58,424 nt of DNA, taken from Bacillota bacterium. GTDB taxonomy: Bacteria; Bacillota; Dethiobacteria; DTU022; UBA8154. Of the stretch, positions 48,113-57,385 are shown one piece after another (within the stretch, counting starts at the first letter, position 1; each line of letters begins with the position of its first letter). The notes beneath the pieces are model-generated. The model saw only the letters and a program-made list of their open reading frames with translations, did no database searches and was not told the DNA's origin. The DNA lies in contig JAAYOY010000233.1 in assembly GCA_012520035.1 (NCBI GenBank), positions 1-58,424 of the forward strand, in the 5' to 3' direction. Position numbers and translations under genes: made by a program.

Positions 48113-48207
48113 TCCGCCACACATAAGGTATAATTATCCAAGAGGCAGGTGGCAGAAGTCCTAATAATAGATTTCTGCTATATTTTTGCTCTGAAAAGAA
48201 AAATAAA

Positions 48208-48233
48208 AAGCAACCGGTTTAATCAGGTTGCTT
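48208..48233. terminator. Hairpin between convergent genes; the T-run lies on the minus-strand side, for the merR-family gene
   Basis: 8-bp stem AAGCAACC / GGTTGCTT, 10-nt loop, flanked by an A-rich run on the plus strand. Confidence 0.5.
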
Positions 48234-48262
48234 TAAAAATTATAGCCTATTTTTTGCTGATT

Positions 48263-49027
48263 TTATGCTTCAAGGCCGGTATAAATTCTCATTGCATCGC
48301 GTAAAAACACTGCACAGCCGGGCGCAATTTTATCGTAATAAGCTGTAAAGCGCTCATCATCAACATATTCTTGAACAAGTGCCATATGCGCCTCTTTTGA
48401 GTATTTATCCCAAAAATACAGTAGCCACTGTTTATGCAGTTCGCATGCCTTCTGTGCCAGTTCACTTGCAGGATCGCCGCTTTCAAAGGCTTTTTTTATT
48501 GCTTCGTTTACTTTGCTTGTTAGCCTTTCATAAGCGGTATATTGTTCCCCGGTCATTTTTTTAAGCTTTTGATAGGAACGGTCAACGGCATCATCTCCAT
48601 ATTTTTCCCTAATTTCTTTGCCGTATTTCAGTTCATTATCACAGATCATCTTTTGTTTAAAACCCTCAAATTTTTCCTTGTTGCTCATTGTTATTCTCCC
48701 TTCTTCCATCGCTATAGTTTTTTCGATATTAGCAATTAATAATTCCAGCTGTTTTTTTTTAACCAGGAGTTTGGAACGATGGTCTTGCAATGCCCTGGTT
48801 CTATTAAACGATGGGGAATCCAGGATATTTCTAATATCCTTCAGGTTTACAGCAAGCTCACGATAAAATAAAATTTGTTGCAGTCTATCAACTTCTTCCT
48901 GGCCGTAAATTCGATACCCTGACGAATTGATTCTCGCCGGCTTAAGAAGTCCAATTTCATCATAGTATCTGAGTGTCCTCGGACTAATACCCGCCAACCT
49001 GGCCAATTTTTGCACTGTATATTCCAT
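48263..49027 (-). CDS. MerR family regulator with a TipAS-type C-terminal antibiotic-recognition domain
   Basis: YTVQKLARLAGISPRTLRYYDEIGLLKP HTH. C-terminus has EYVDDERFTAYYDKIAPGCAVFLRDAMRIY, typical of TipAS/Mta. Confidence 0.88.
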   Translation of the reverse strand: MEYTVQKLARLAGISPRTLRYYDEIGLLKPARINSSGYRIYGQEEVDRLQQILFYRELAVNLKDIRNILDSPSFNRTRALQDHRSKLLVKKKQLELLIANIEKTIAMEEGRITMSNKEKFEGFKQKMICDNELKYGKEIREKYGDDAVDRSYQKLKKMTGEQYTAYERLTSKVNEAIKKAFESGDPASELAQKACELHKQWLLYFWDKYSKEAHMALVQEYVDDERFTAYYDKIAPGCAVFLRDAMRIYTGLEA

Positions 49028-49049
49028 AACTTTTTCTCCTTTATTCCAT

Positions 49050-49080
49050 AGTATAAACCTTTACGTTGCGTTAATGTCAA
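49050..49080 (-). promoter_or_regulatory. MerR-type promoter with a 19-bp spacer (autoregulatory)
   Basis: The minus strand reads TTGACA (49080-49075), then the 19-nt spacer TTAACGCAACGTAAAGGTT containing the dyad TTAACG-CAA-CGTAAA, then TATACT (49055-49050). Confidence 0.55.
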
Positions 49081-49125
49081 GGATTAATAATTAAATTTTA
49101 CCCCTGCTTATTCCGGAGTACCGGC

Positions 49126-49154
49126 TTGCTAGACGAAAGGATAAGCGTTATAAT
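49126..49154 (+). promoter_or_regulatory. Sigma-A type promoter for the flavodoxin and HD hydrolase genes
   Basis: TTGCTA (49126-49131), 17-nt spacer, TATAAT (49149-49154). Confidence 0.55.
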
Positions 49155-49245
49155 TTAGTAAAATATAACCACCGGGGCAGTGAATCGGGGAATAATGGGG
49201 AATCGAGGCTTATGGTTACTATGAATAAGGCAAAGGGGTCCAAAA

Positions 49246-49719
49246 ATGAAGATCGGTATTGTTGTTTATTCCCAAACCGGTAATACATATTCTGTTGCCC
49301 TTAAGCTTAAGGAAAAGCTGTCTGCAGAAGGGCATACGGTAAACATTGAAAGTGTAACAATCGCCGGTGGCGCTTCCCAAGCGCCCAAAGAATTAAAGTT
49401 CGAAAACCTCCCCGGGTTGGACAAATACGATGCTCTGGTATTCGGCGCTCCGGTCCATGCCTTTTCTCTTGCGCCTGTAATGACTGCTTATTTAAAGCAG
49501 CTGTCTTCACTTAAAAACAAAAAAATAGCCTGTTATGTTACCAAGCAGTTGCCTCTTGCCTGGACCGGCGGGACCCAGGCAATTGCCCGGATGAAAAATA
49601 TTTGTAAATCAAAAGGAGCAGCAGTGTCCGGGTCTGTCATAATCATCTGGTCAAAAGCACATCGTCAACAAAGCATTAGAAATGGTATTGATAGATTGAG
49701 CGGTTTTTTTACTCCTTAA
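49246..49719 (+). CDS. Flavodoxin family protein
   Basis: MKIGIVVYSQTGNTYSVA FMN-phosphate loop and short-chain flavodoxin-like size. Confidence 0.75.
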   Translation: MKIGIVVYSQTGNTYSVALKLKEKLSAEGHTVNIESVTIAGGASQAPKELKFENLPGLDKYDALVFGAPVHAFSLAPVMTAYLKQLSSLKNKKIACYVTKQLPLAWTGGTQAIARMKNICKSKGAAVSGSVIIIWSKAHRQQSIRNGIDRLSGFFTP

Positions 49720-49790
49720 ATTAACGGGTGTAATTTAAGGAAATAAATGTGATAAAAGTTGGAAAAAATGTAAGAAGAAAGGGTGGCAAC

Positions 49791-50375
49791 ATGGAAAAGA
49801 AAAAACCTACCAGGGAAGAGGCGCTGGCGCTATTAAAAAAGTACAACAAGAGCGATGCATTGATCAAGCATGCTCTGGCGGTAGAAGCGGTTATGGCACA
49901 TTTTGCCGAAAAATTTGGCGAAGAGGACCTGGAAAAATGGCGTGTGGTCGGGCTTGCACATGATTTGGACTATGAAAAATATCCTGAAGAGCACTGCAGC
50001 AAGGTGCGGGAAATTCTCACGGATGAGGGCTGGCCGGAAGATTATATAAGGGCGATACAAAGCCATGGCTGGAAGATCTGCTCCGATGTAGAACCGCAAG
50101 AAAGAATGGAGAAGGTTCTTTATACAATTGATGAGCTAACCGGGCTGATTGTTGCTACGGTTCTCATGCGCCCGAGTCGGAGCATCATGGATCTGACTGC
50201 CAAATCAGTAAAAAAGAAAATGAAACAGAAAAGTTTTGCAGCCGGGGTAGACCGGGGTATTATTGAAGAAGGCGCACAACTCCTGGGGATGGACTTGAAT
50301 GAAGTTATTGAAGAAACTATCCGGGGAATGCAAAACGCAGCGGCGGAGCTGGGCCTAAAGGGAGAACCGCAGTAA
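49791..50375 (+). CDS. HD-superfamily hydrolase (HDIG-like)
   Basis: KHALAVEAVM and GLAHDLDYE (H...HD) motifs. ATG 49791 follows AAGGGTGG. Confidence 0.7.
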   Translation: MEKKKPTREEALALLKKYNKSDALIKHALAVEAVMAHFAEKFGEEDLEKWRVVGLAHDLDYEKYPEEHCSKVREILTDEGWPEDYIRAIQSHGWKICSDVEPQERMEKVLYTIDELTGLIVATVLMRPSRSIMDLTAKSVKKKMKQKSFAAGVDRGIIEEGAQLLGMDLNEVIEETIRGMQNAAAELGLKGEPQ

Positions 50376-50378
50376 TTT

Positions 50379-51377
50379 TTAGAACCAAATCCAAAACTCA
50401 AAAAAGTCCGCATTTAGCTTCAAACCATGCTTTATTAAATAGTTGAAGACACTGTCCCTGTACTTAAAATTACTTAGTAATACCACTCCATCCAGTTTCT
50501 TTTGTTTGAGTAAGGTTATTATTAACGGTAACAAACTAATTTCATTATTGTCTATAATTTTAACCACATTTAAATATTTTTTTGCTTGTAAAGAGAAATT
50601 CCGGGCATAATACGTGGGGCCGAAGACTAACATTACCGGCCTTTCTTTATGCTTTTTATAACGGGTATTGCGGATATACTTTGCACAGCTAAAAAACATC
50701 TCCTTAATATTTTGCAGTTGATTTTTTGTAGTCAAGGAATTGCTGTGCATGCGGTATTTGTATAGTTTCTCGGGAATTTTTTTTATTTTCCCGACGGTTA
50801 TTAAACGGGTCCACAGGTCGTAATCATAAGAAATCTTTAAATCTGAATTGTATTTACCGAGATTGATGAAGGCTTTCTTGGAATAAATCATTGTACCATG
50901 AGTCAGAGGACAGGTTCTATACAGTTCTAATTTTATTTCTTCACTGGTTTGTACCCGGTTAATTAATTTTTCCAGTCCGCTTATATTTTGCTTTGGTATA
51001 TGATCTTTTCTGCCGGGGATGCATTCAATGAACGAACCTGCGGCAACCAGATCGCGGTGTTTATTTAGATAATCTATTTGTTTTTCTATGCGCCAAGGGT
51101 AACTAAGATCATCCGCATCATGTACGGCGATCCATTTTCCTTTCGCCTTTTCAATACCCAGATTAAGCGCAAAAGCTGCCCCCTTGTTTTCTTCCAAGTG
51201 AATTACTTTGACCCGTTTATCTGTTATTTGTGCCAGTAACTCTCTTGTCCTGTCGGTGGAGGCATCATTAATAATAATGAGCTCGAAACCGGTATAAGTT
51301 TGGCAAAGTATACTGTCTACCGCTTCCTGCAGATATTCCTGGCCATTGTAAACGGCCATTACTATTGAAACAAGCAT
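50379..51377 (-). CDS. Glycosyltransferase family 2
   Basis: VSIVMAVYNGQEYLQEAVDSILCQTYTGFELIIINDASTD and HDADD (DxD-like). SD GGGAGGG. Confidence 0.88.
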   Translation of the reverse strand: MLVSIVMAVYNGQEYLQEAVDSILCQTYTGFELIIINDASTDRTRELLAQITDKRVKVIHLEENKGAAFALNLGIEKAKGKWIAVHDADDLSYPWRIEKQIDYLNKHRDLVAAGSFIECIPGRKDHIPKQNISGLEKLINRVQTSEEIKLELYRTCPLTHGTMIYSKKAFINLGKYNSDLKISYDYDLWTRLITVGKIKKIPEKLYKYRMHSNSLTTKNQLQNIKEMFFSCAKYIRNTRYKKHKERPVMLVFGPTYYARNFSLQAKKYLNVVKIIDNNEISLLPLIITLLKQKKLDGVVLLSNFKYRDSVFNYLIKHGLKLNADFFEFWIWF

Positions 51378-51399
51378 TTTCCGCCCTCCCGACCCGAAT

Positions 51400-52641
51400 T
51401 TATAAGGACAATAAAAGTTCCATCGCGCTTAAAAAGTGGCGGTATTTCCCGGTCTTTCGTATTGATTCCAGTTCATCCAGAAGCTTTTTCTTTGCTTCGG
51501 TTTCCCTTTCCAGACCTGCATGCTGCCAGAGCTTGCTAACTGGTTTTTCTTCAGCCATTAAGACGGGGATTTGCTGGGTTAGCTTGATAAAGGCGTTTTG
51601 AGAATGCACGAACTCAGGAAATTCCTTTTGAATTTGATAATAGTCATCAATAATATCGTTATTTTCAAAAAAGTTTCTTTTACCCAGGATGCCTAATGTT
51701 ATTGCGCAAACCTCAACTTCGGGGTGCAAGGTGGTGAATTTAGCGTAATTTAGCATTTGATCAGCCCTGCGGTTTTCTTTAGAGAAGGGGTGCTCTTGAT
51801 GGTAACTAATAATATCCCGGTCGTCTACAAACGTTACACCTTTTTTATATAATCTGTATCCCAATTCCCAGTCCTCAGATCCCCAGCCTTTAAATATCTC
51901 ATTAAAGGGGCCTACTTCTTCCAAAAGACTTTTTCTAACAGACACATTTCTGGTGATGAAAAAGGTCCATGCCAGGTGGAATCTTTTTAATTGGGCACCA
52001 TATTTCTCAATTAAATGTGGTGGGAAATACGGTGCTGGGAAAGACAGCAGTTTAAATAGCTGGGCATAAATCTGTTCCTTGGTAAATAAAGTAATAGTCC
52101 GTTGATTTTTGGATGCATACTGCCAGAATGCTTGCAAACTTTGAATATATTCATAAGGCAAATACAGCCGGTTGCTCAAGTGCTTTATTAAGATAGGTTT
52201 GCTTCTTATAATGGAATGCAGGCGTTTTATTTGGTCTGTTGAAAACCCGGGGCATAACACTGAAAAAGTGCTGTAGTGGCTGGCATTTCCCGAAACAGCT
52301 ATTTTGTCATTTGTTTGATAATGTCGCAGGTGATTGAGAACAAAGTTGGGATCAACCATTACATCTCCATCCAAAAAGATTATTATCTCTCCTTTAGCTT
52401 CCCTGAGCCCCAGATTTTTTGCTCCGGACCTTCCCAGATTAGTATCGCTGCGGAGATATTTGAAGCGAAAAGGTGCTGTATAATTCCTTAAAGTGAAGGT
52501 CCTGTCCGTTGAACAATCATCAACGAGGATAACCTCCATCTTAGCAAGGGGATATGTTTGTTTTTCCAGTGAGTAAAGGGTGAATTTGATCTGCGGAAAT
52601 ATGTTGTAAGAAATTATAATTATACTTACCTCTGTAGTCAT
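51400..52641 (-). CDS. Glycosyltransferase family 2 with a long C-terminal extension
   Basis: VSIIIISYNIFPQ...VILVDDCSTD, FLDGD (DxD) and GWGSEDWELGYRL. ATG 52641 follows GAGGAG; the ORF's upstream extension to 52767 lacks an SD. Confidence 0.85.
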   Translation of the reverse strand: MTTEVSIIIISYNIFPQIKFTLYSLEKQTYPLAKMEVILVDDCSTDRTFTLRNYTAPFRFKYLRSDTNLGRSGAKNLGLREAKGEIIIFLDGDVMVDPNFVLNHLRHYQTNDKIAVSGNASHYSTFSVLCPGFSTDQIKRLHSIIRSKPILIKHLSNRLYLPYEYIQSLQAFWQYASKNQRTITLFTKEQIYAQLFKLLSFPAPYFPPHLIEKYGAQLKRFHLAWTFFITRNVSVRKSLLEEVGPFNEIFKGWGSEDWELGYRLYKKGVTFVDDRDIISYHQEHPFSKENRRADQMLNYAKFTTLHPEVEVCAITLGILGKRNFFENNDIIDDYYQIQKEFPEFVHSQNAFIKLTQQIPVLMAEEKPVSKLWQHAGLERETEAKKKLLDELESIRKTGKYRHFLSAMELLLSL

Positions 52642-53023
52642 AACAACTCTCCTCTTTTTACTTTTTAATTGTCCGGGAACAATTGATATATCGGCAACCC
52701 GGTTCGACATGCCGGGGGTTCCCCGTTTTTCCCTTTTGCCTCTTTTATATTTTATGAATAATAACAAGGAGAAGGTGCTTTATTGTATTCCTTATACCGG
52801 TAACCGTTACGGTGGGTTTGCACTTTAATTTATTTCCATATTTATTCTCTTTCAGTTATTGCAACTTGTTGGTAGGAAGATGAAGCCAGACAGGGGTTAA
52901 AGTATAATTGTTCATAATGGTAACAGAAGTTTTTCTGTAGAATATTTATAAAAGGAGTAAGTAAAGATACTCAATTTAGCTGACTCTTGATTAAGCATTA
53001 ATATAATAATGAGGGGTAAAGGT

Positions 53024-54028
53024 ATGATTTTAGTTACGGGAGGTGCAGGTTATATTGGCAGCCATGTTGTAAAAAGTTTAATCAATAAAAATTATAATGT
53101 AGTTGTTATTGATAACCTCACAACCGGGCATATAGAAGCTGTTGACAAAAGGGCAATATTTGTTCAAGGGGATTTGGAGAATCTTAAAGACTTGGAAATA
53201 GTTTTTTCCACATATCCGGTTAAAGGGGTAATACACCTTGCCGGTAAGTGTTACGTCCAGGAATCAGTACTTCATCCTCTGATGTATTATCAAGCAAATG
53301 TTGTCTCTTCAATAAATTTACTTAAGTACATGTTAAAATATCAGGTTAATAATATTGTATTTTCTTCATCATGTTCTGTTTATGGCATTCCGAATTCAGG
53401 ATATATTGCTGAAAATGCTGCAACAAATCCAATCAATCCCTATGGAAGATCAAAGCTGATAATCGAGTTTATTTTACAAGACTTTGCCAAAGCTTATGGT
53501 TTGAATTATATTATCCTGCGCTATTTTAACGCCGCAGGTTCGGATTTATCTGGAGAAATTGGTGAAGATCACAACCCTGAAACCCATCTCATTCCAAGCA
53601 TTGTTAGACATCTCCTGGGGTTGGCTGAAAAAGTTGTGATCTACGGAGATGATTATCAAACAAAGGATTCCACCTGCGTCAGAGATTTTATACATGTATC
53701 AGATTTGGCAAATGCACATATAAAAGCGTTGGAGCAACTATTACAAGGCAGAATAGCAAATGAGATATTTAATTTGGGGAAAGGGGAAGGTTATTCAGTA
53801 AAAGAAATAATTGGCTACTGTGAAAAAATTTCCGGAAAAAGGGCCATTGTTGAGCGGAAGGAACGTAGAGAAGGGGACCCCCCGGGATTAGTGGCCTGTT
53901 CTAAAAAAGCTTATTGTAAGTTAGGGTGGAAACCGGTGTATAACATTGAGGATATCATTAGGAGTGCATGGCAGTGGCATAGGAACCATCCCTGCGGGTA
54001 TCAGTCAGGGTATAATGGAGGCAGGTAA
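53024..54028 (+). CDS. galE: UDP-glucose 4-epimerase
   Basis: VTGGAGYIGSH, catalytic YGRSK, and the NAAG segment RYFNAAG. Confidence 0.93.
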   Translation: MILVTGGAGYIGSHVVKSLINKNYNVVVIDNLTTGHIEAVDKRAIFVQGDLENLKDLEIVFSTYPVKGVIHLAGKCYVQESVLHPLMYYQANVVSSINLLKYMLKYQVNNIVFSSSCSVYGIPNSGYIAENAATNPINPYGRSKLIIEFILQDFAKAYGLNYIILRYFNAAGSDLSGEIGEDHNPETHLIPSIVRHLLGLAEKVVIYGDDYQTKDSTCVRDFIHVSDLANAHIKALEQLLQGRIANEIFNLGKGEGYSVKEIIGYCEKISGKRAIVERKERREGDPPGLVACSKKAYCKLGWKPVYNIEDIIRSAWQWHRNHPCGYQSGYNGGR

Positions 54029-54072
54029 TGAAAGCTAAAGGGGATTAGGAAAACAATATTTTGTTAAACCGG

Positions 54073-54098
54073 TTCCAGGGGATGGGAATCCCCTGGAA
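54073..54098. terminator. Perfect 10-bp inverted repeat between convergent galE and ald (probable bidirectional terminator)
   Basis: TTCCAGGGGA-TGGGAA-TCCCCTGGAA. No strong T-run on either side. Confidence 0.45.
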
Positions 54099-54142
54099 TG
54101 CAGAGGTTTTACTGATAACCAGGCCGGGCAATATGAACTATT

Positions 54143-55249
54143 TTAAGCATATACAGGAACAAAGGGCAGATTAAGAGCCTCCGCCACCGCTTTATGTGTT
54201 ACTTTTCCCGCATATACATTCAAGCCTTTGGAAAGAGGCGAGTTCTCCTCGATAACACGTTCACAACCTTTTTCGGCCAGTTCCAGGGCGTAAGGCAGGG
54301 TAACATTGCTTAAAGCATAAGTGGATGTCAAAGGGACTGCTCCAGGCATATTGGGTACAGCATAATGCAAGACTCCATGCTTTACATAGGTGGGATTGCT
54401 ATGGCAGGAAACGCGATCTATGGTCTCAACACATCCTCCCTGGTCAACAGCCACGTCAACTATAACTGAACCAGGTGCCATACTCTTTACCATTTCTTCC
54501 GTGCAGAGTCTTGGAGTTTTCGCACCGGGAATCAGCACGGCACCGATGAGCAGGTCGGTTCTTTCCACCGCCAAAGCAATATTGTATGGATTGGAAGCCA
54601 GGGTAAGCACTCTCCCTTGAAATAAATCGTCCAAATAACGCAATCTCTGGGCGTCGGTATCCAGGATAGTAACACGTGCCCCCATACCTGCTGCAATTTT
54701 TGCAGCGTTAACCCCCACAATGCCGCCCCCGATAACGGTGACCTCCGCAGGAGCAACTCCTGGAACTCCTCCCAGCATAATCCCTTTTCCACCGTGAGCT
54801 TTTTCCAGAAAGTGTGAGCCAACCTGGGTAGCCATCCGGCCCGCTACTTCGCTCATAGGTGCCAGCATGGGAATGCTGCCATTAACCTCTACGGTCTCAT
54901 AGGCGAAAGCAGTTACTTTTTTCTTCAGTAACACCTTAGTTACCTCCGGTTCGGCTGCTAAATGGAGATAGGCAAAAAGAATCTGTCCTTCCCTTAAAAG
55001 ATCGTATTCCTCCAACTGGGGCTCCTTGATCTTATAGATTAATTCCGCCTGGTTGTAAACATCCTCCAGGGTAGGCACAATCGTTCCTCCAGCAGCAATG
55101 AATGCCTCATCACTTATGCTGCTGCCCAGACCAGCTCCTTGCTGAATTATTACCTTGTGACCGGCCTGGACAAGGTATGACACAGCACCGGGTATTACAC
55201 TTACCCTGTTTTCATCTTTTTTTATTTCCTTTGGAACACCAATGATCAT
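54143..55249 (-). CDS. ald: Alanine dehydrogenase
   Basis: [17 protein letters not shown]-terminus and NAD motif [12 protein letters not shown]. The ORF also allows GTG 55255. Confidence 0.95.
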   Translation of the reverse strand: MIIGVPKEIKKDENRVSVIPGAVSYLVQAGHKVIIQQGAGLGSSISDEAFIAAGGTIVPTLEDVYNQAELIYKIKEPQLEEYDLLREGQILFAYLHLAAEPEVTKVLLKKKVTAFAYETVEVNGSIPMLAPMSEVAGRMATQVGSHFLEKAHGGKGIMLGGVPGVAPAEVTVIGGGIVGVNAAKIAAGMGARVTILDTDAQRLRYLDDLFQGRVLTLASNPYNIALAVERTDLLIGAVLIPGAKTPRLCTEEMVKSMAPGSVIVDVAVDQGGCVETIDRVSCHSNPTYVKHGVLHYAVPNMPGAVPLTSTYALSNVTLPYALELAEKGCERVIEENSPLSKGLNVYAGKVTHKAVAEALNLPFVPVYA

Positions 55250-55474
55250 GGGCACTCATCATCTCCTTTGATTCTGGAAAAACGTGTTTACGAAATTGCC
55301 GTAATCCTTTCCAGCTATTATGCATGTATGATACCAAAAGTTCGCCCTTTATTTTTGAAATTCCTGCAGAAAAGTGGACTATAAATTCAAATTCCCATGG
55401 ATTATAATATATGATAGACAGGAATGTTACCGGGTTAAAGAAAATTATCGTATAGTGCAGTGAGGGGGGCTAGT

Positions 55475-57334
55475 ATGAGCAGTGATATCTTTGAAAAATT
55501 GAAACAAATCTGGAAATGTCTTTATTTACTAGCAGAAGAACTCTCCGGCAACGTAGGGGGCTTTTTTGCCCATTTCAGCCTGGTAACTGATTTATATACC
55601 TTTGTGGCGAGATGGATTTTTCCGGTCCTGGCCATTGCCATATTTTTGAGATGCATCTTCCCCCTTTTACAAAACAGAAGGGAAAAGACTGTTTGGGGCC
55701 TTCTGCATATGCAGGACGGCACAAGTGTCCCTCTGCAACACTGGGAAAACTCCATTGGCAGAAGCAGGTTGGCGGATATCGTTCTCGGCCTGCCCTTTGT
55801 ATCGCGAAGCCACGCTGTGCTTACATTTCGCAATGGATACTGGTCTATCACGGACCTGAAATCAAAAAATGGGGTGGATGTGAACGGGAGGAGGATAGAA
55901 AAGGCGGAGATTCTCAGGGACGGAGATATCATCTCCATCGGGGGGATGAAGATGGAGCTGGTGACTGATGGAGAAAGAGGTGGGCTGTTGCAGCAGCCCA
56001 CCTGCGGGCAGTCCTCGCGGCAGGAAAGAGGAGGGACGTGTTCTCCCGAACTTTCTCAGAAGAATAATATTGTAAAAGCTGCATTGGATTTTGGACGGCC
56101 TGACTCCAGGCTAACCTTCTTCCTGATTCTGCTTTTCCAGGTTTTGGGGGCCCTTCAGCTTTTCTTTTCCATGGGGGCAGAGGTGAACCCAAAGCTGCCG
56201 CTGAGCTTTTTTCTTTTTATTCTTGCAGAATGTGTACACTACAGTATTGCGAATTGGCTTGGCTGGGAGCACCTGGAGCTGGAGCTGCTCTGCTATTTTC
56301 TCTGCGGTTTGAGCCTGTCCGTCACTGCCTCGGCGGCTCCGGATTCACTTTTTACGCAGCTGGGGGCTATCTTTCTTGGGTTTGCGGCGTATACTGTTCT
56401 GGTAGTGATACTCCGTGACCTGGAGCGTGCGGAGAGACTTAAGTATTTCCTGGCAGCAGTTGCCCTGGTGCTCCTGGCACTGAATCTTACTATGGGGGAA
56501 ACACATTACGGGGCAAAACGCTGGCTTGACCTGGGTTTAGTCACCTTCCAGCCGTCAGAGTTTGTCAAGATCGCTTTTGTGCTGGTCGGCACGGCTACCC
56601 TGGATAAGCTTCTTACAACCCGAAATATGAGCGCGTTTATCGGGTTTTCAGCGGTGTGCATCGGATCTCTGGTCCTGATGAGGGACCTTGGCACGGTGGT
56701 GGTTTATTTCGGCACCTTTATCGTTATCGCTTTCATGCGTTCCGGGGATTTGCGGACCATTGCCCTGGCAGCAACAGGAGCTGCACTGGGAACTGCAGCG
56801 GCGGTGTCTTTTCTGCCGTATATTGCCTCACGCTTTGCCGTATGGGGAAAGGTATGGGAGCATGCCGGAACATCCGGCTACCAGCAGACCCGCACCATGA
56901 TTGCCGCTGCCAGTGGAGGCCTGTTGGGGGTAGGCGGCGGAGAGGGATATTTGGCCGGGGTTGCAGCGGCTGATAAGGACCTGGTTTTCGGACTGCTCGC
57001 TGAGGAATGGGGCCTGCTGGTTGCCCTAACTGCAGTTTTAATCCCTGTATTCCTCGCCTTCTATGCCGTTTTTTTGACAAAGGGCTGCCGCTCATCTTTT
57101 TATGCCATTGCAGCTTGTGGAGCAGCTTCAATCTTCTTGATCCAGACTGCTTTGAATGTTTTGGGCTCTGTAGATATAATTCCCCTGACAGGGATAACCG
57201 TGCCTTTCGTTTCCAGGGGGGGATCTTCCATGGTGGCTTCCTGGGGGCTCCTGGCGCTGATAAAATCTGCCGATAATCGTGCCGGGTCAGGTAAGAGGAA
57301 GAGAGGAAGAAGAGAAGTAAGATCAAACAATTAA
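55475..57334 (+). CDS. FHA-domain / SEDS (FtsW-RodA-SpoVE family) fusion protein
   Basis: FHA signature residues in IGRSRLADIVL...SRSHAVL...KSKNGVDVNG. SEDS motifs are QPSEFVKIAFVL, KDLVFGLLAEEWG and ITVPFVSRGGSSMV. ATG 55475 follows GAGGGGGG. Confidence 0.85.
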   Translation: MSSDIFEKLKQIWKCLYLLAEELSGNVGGFFAHFSLVTDLYTFVARWIFPVLAIAIFLRCIFPLLQNRREKTVWGLLHMQDGTSVPLQHWENSIGRSRLADIVLGLPFVSRSHAVLTFRNGYWSITDLKSKNGVDVNGRRIEKAEILRDGDIISIGGMKMELVTDGERGGLLQQPTCGQSSRQERGGTCSPELSQKNNIVKAALDFGRPDSRLTFFLILLFQVLGALQLFFSMGAEVNPKLPLSFFLFILAECVHYSIANWLGWEHLELELLCYFLCGLSLSVTASAAPDSLFTQLGAIFLGFAAYTVLVVILRDLERAERLKYFLAAVALVLLALNLTMGETHYGAKRWLDLGLVTFQPSEFVKIAFVLVGTATLDKLLTTRNMSAFIGFSAVCIGSLVLMRDLGTVVVYFGTFIVIAFMRSGDLRTIALAATGAALGTAAAVSFLPYIASRFAVWGKVWEHAGTSGYQQTRTMIAAASGGLLGVGGGEGYLAGVAAADKDLVFGLLAEEWGLLVALTAVLIPVFLAFYAVFLTKGCRSSFYAIAACGAASIFLIQTALNVLGSVDIIPLTGITVPFVSRGGSSMVASWGLLALIKSADNRAGSGKRKRGRREVRSNN

Positions 57335-57385
57335 AAAAGTAATCTAAAAGAAAGGATTAAATGTGGATTGGGGGAGGCTTTCCCC

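Noticed and set aside
49155-49245. Leader of the flavodoxin gene containing a repeated GGGGAAT motif, considered as a possible riboswitch
   Set aside because: At about 90 nt it is too short, and it lacks the conserved cores of the FMN, preQ1, SAM or c-di-GMP riboswitches as far as I can recall them. No convincing terminator or anti-terminator alternative is present.
55522-57330. Many ORFs of 60-200 aa on both strands across the FHA-SEDS gene
   Set aside because: They follow from the high G+C content, which makes stop codons rare. Only the 55475-57334 frame carries FHA and SEDS motifs.
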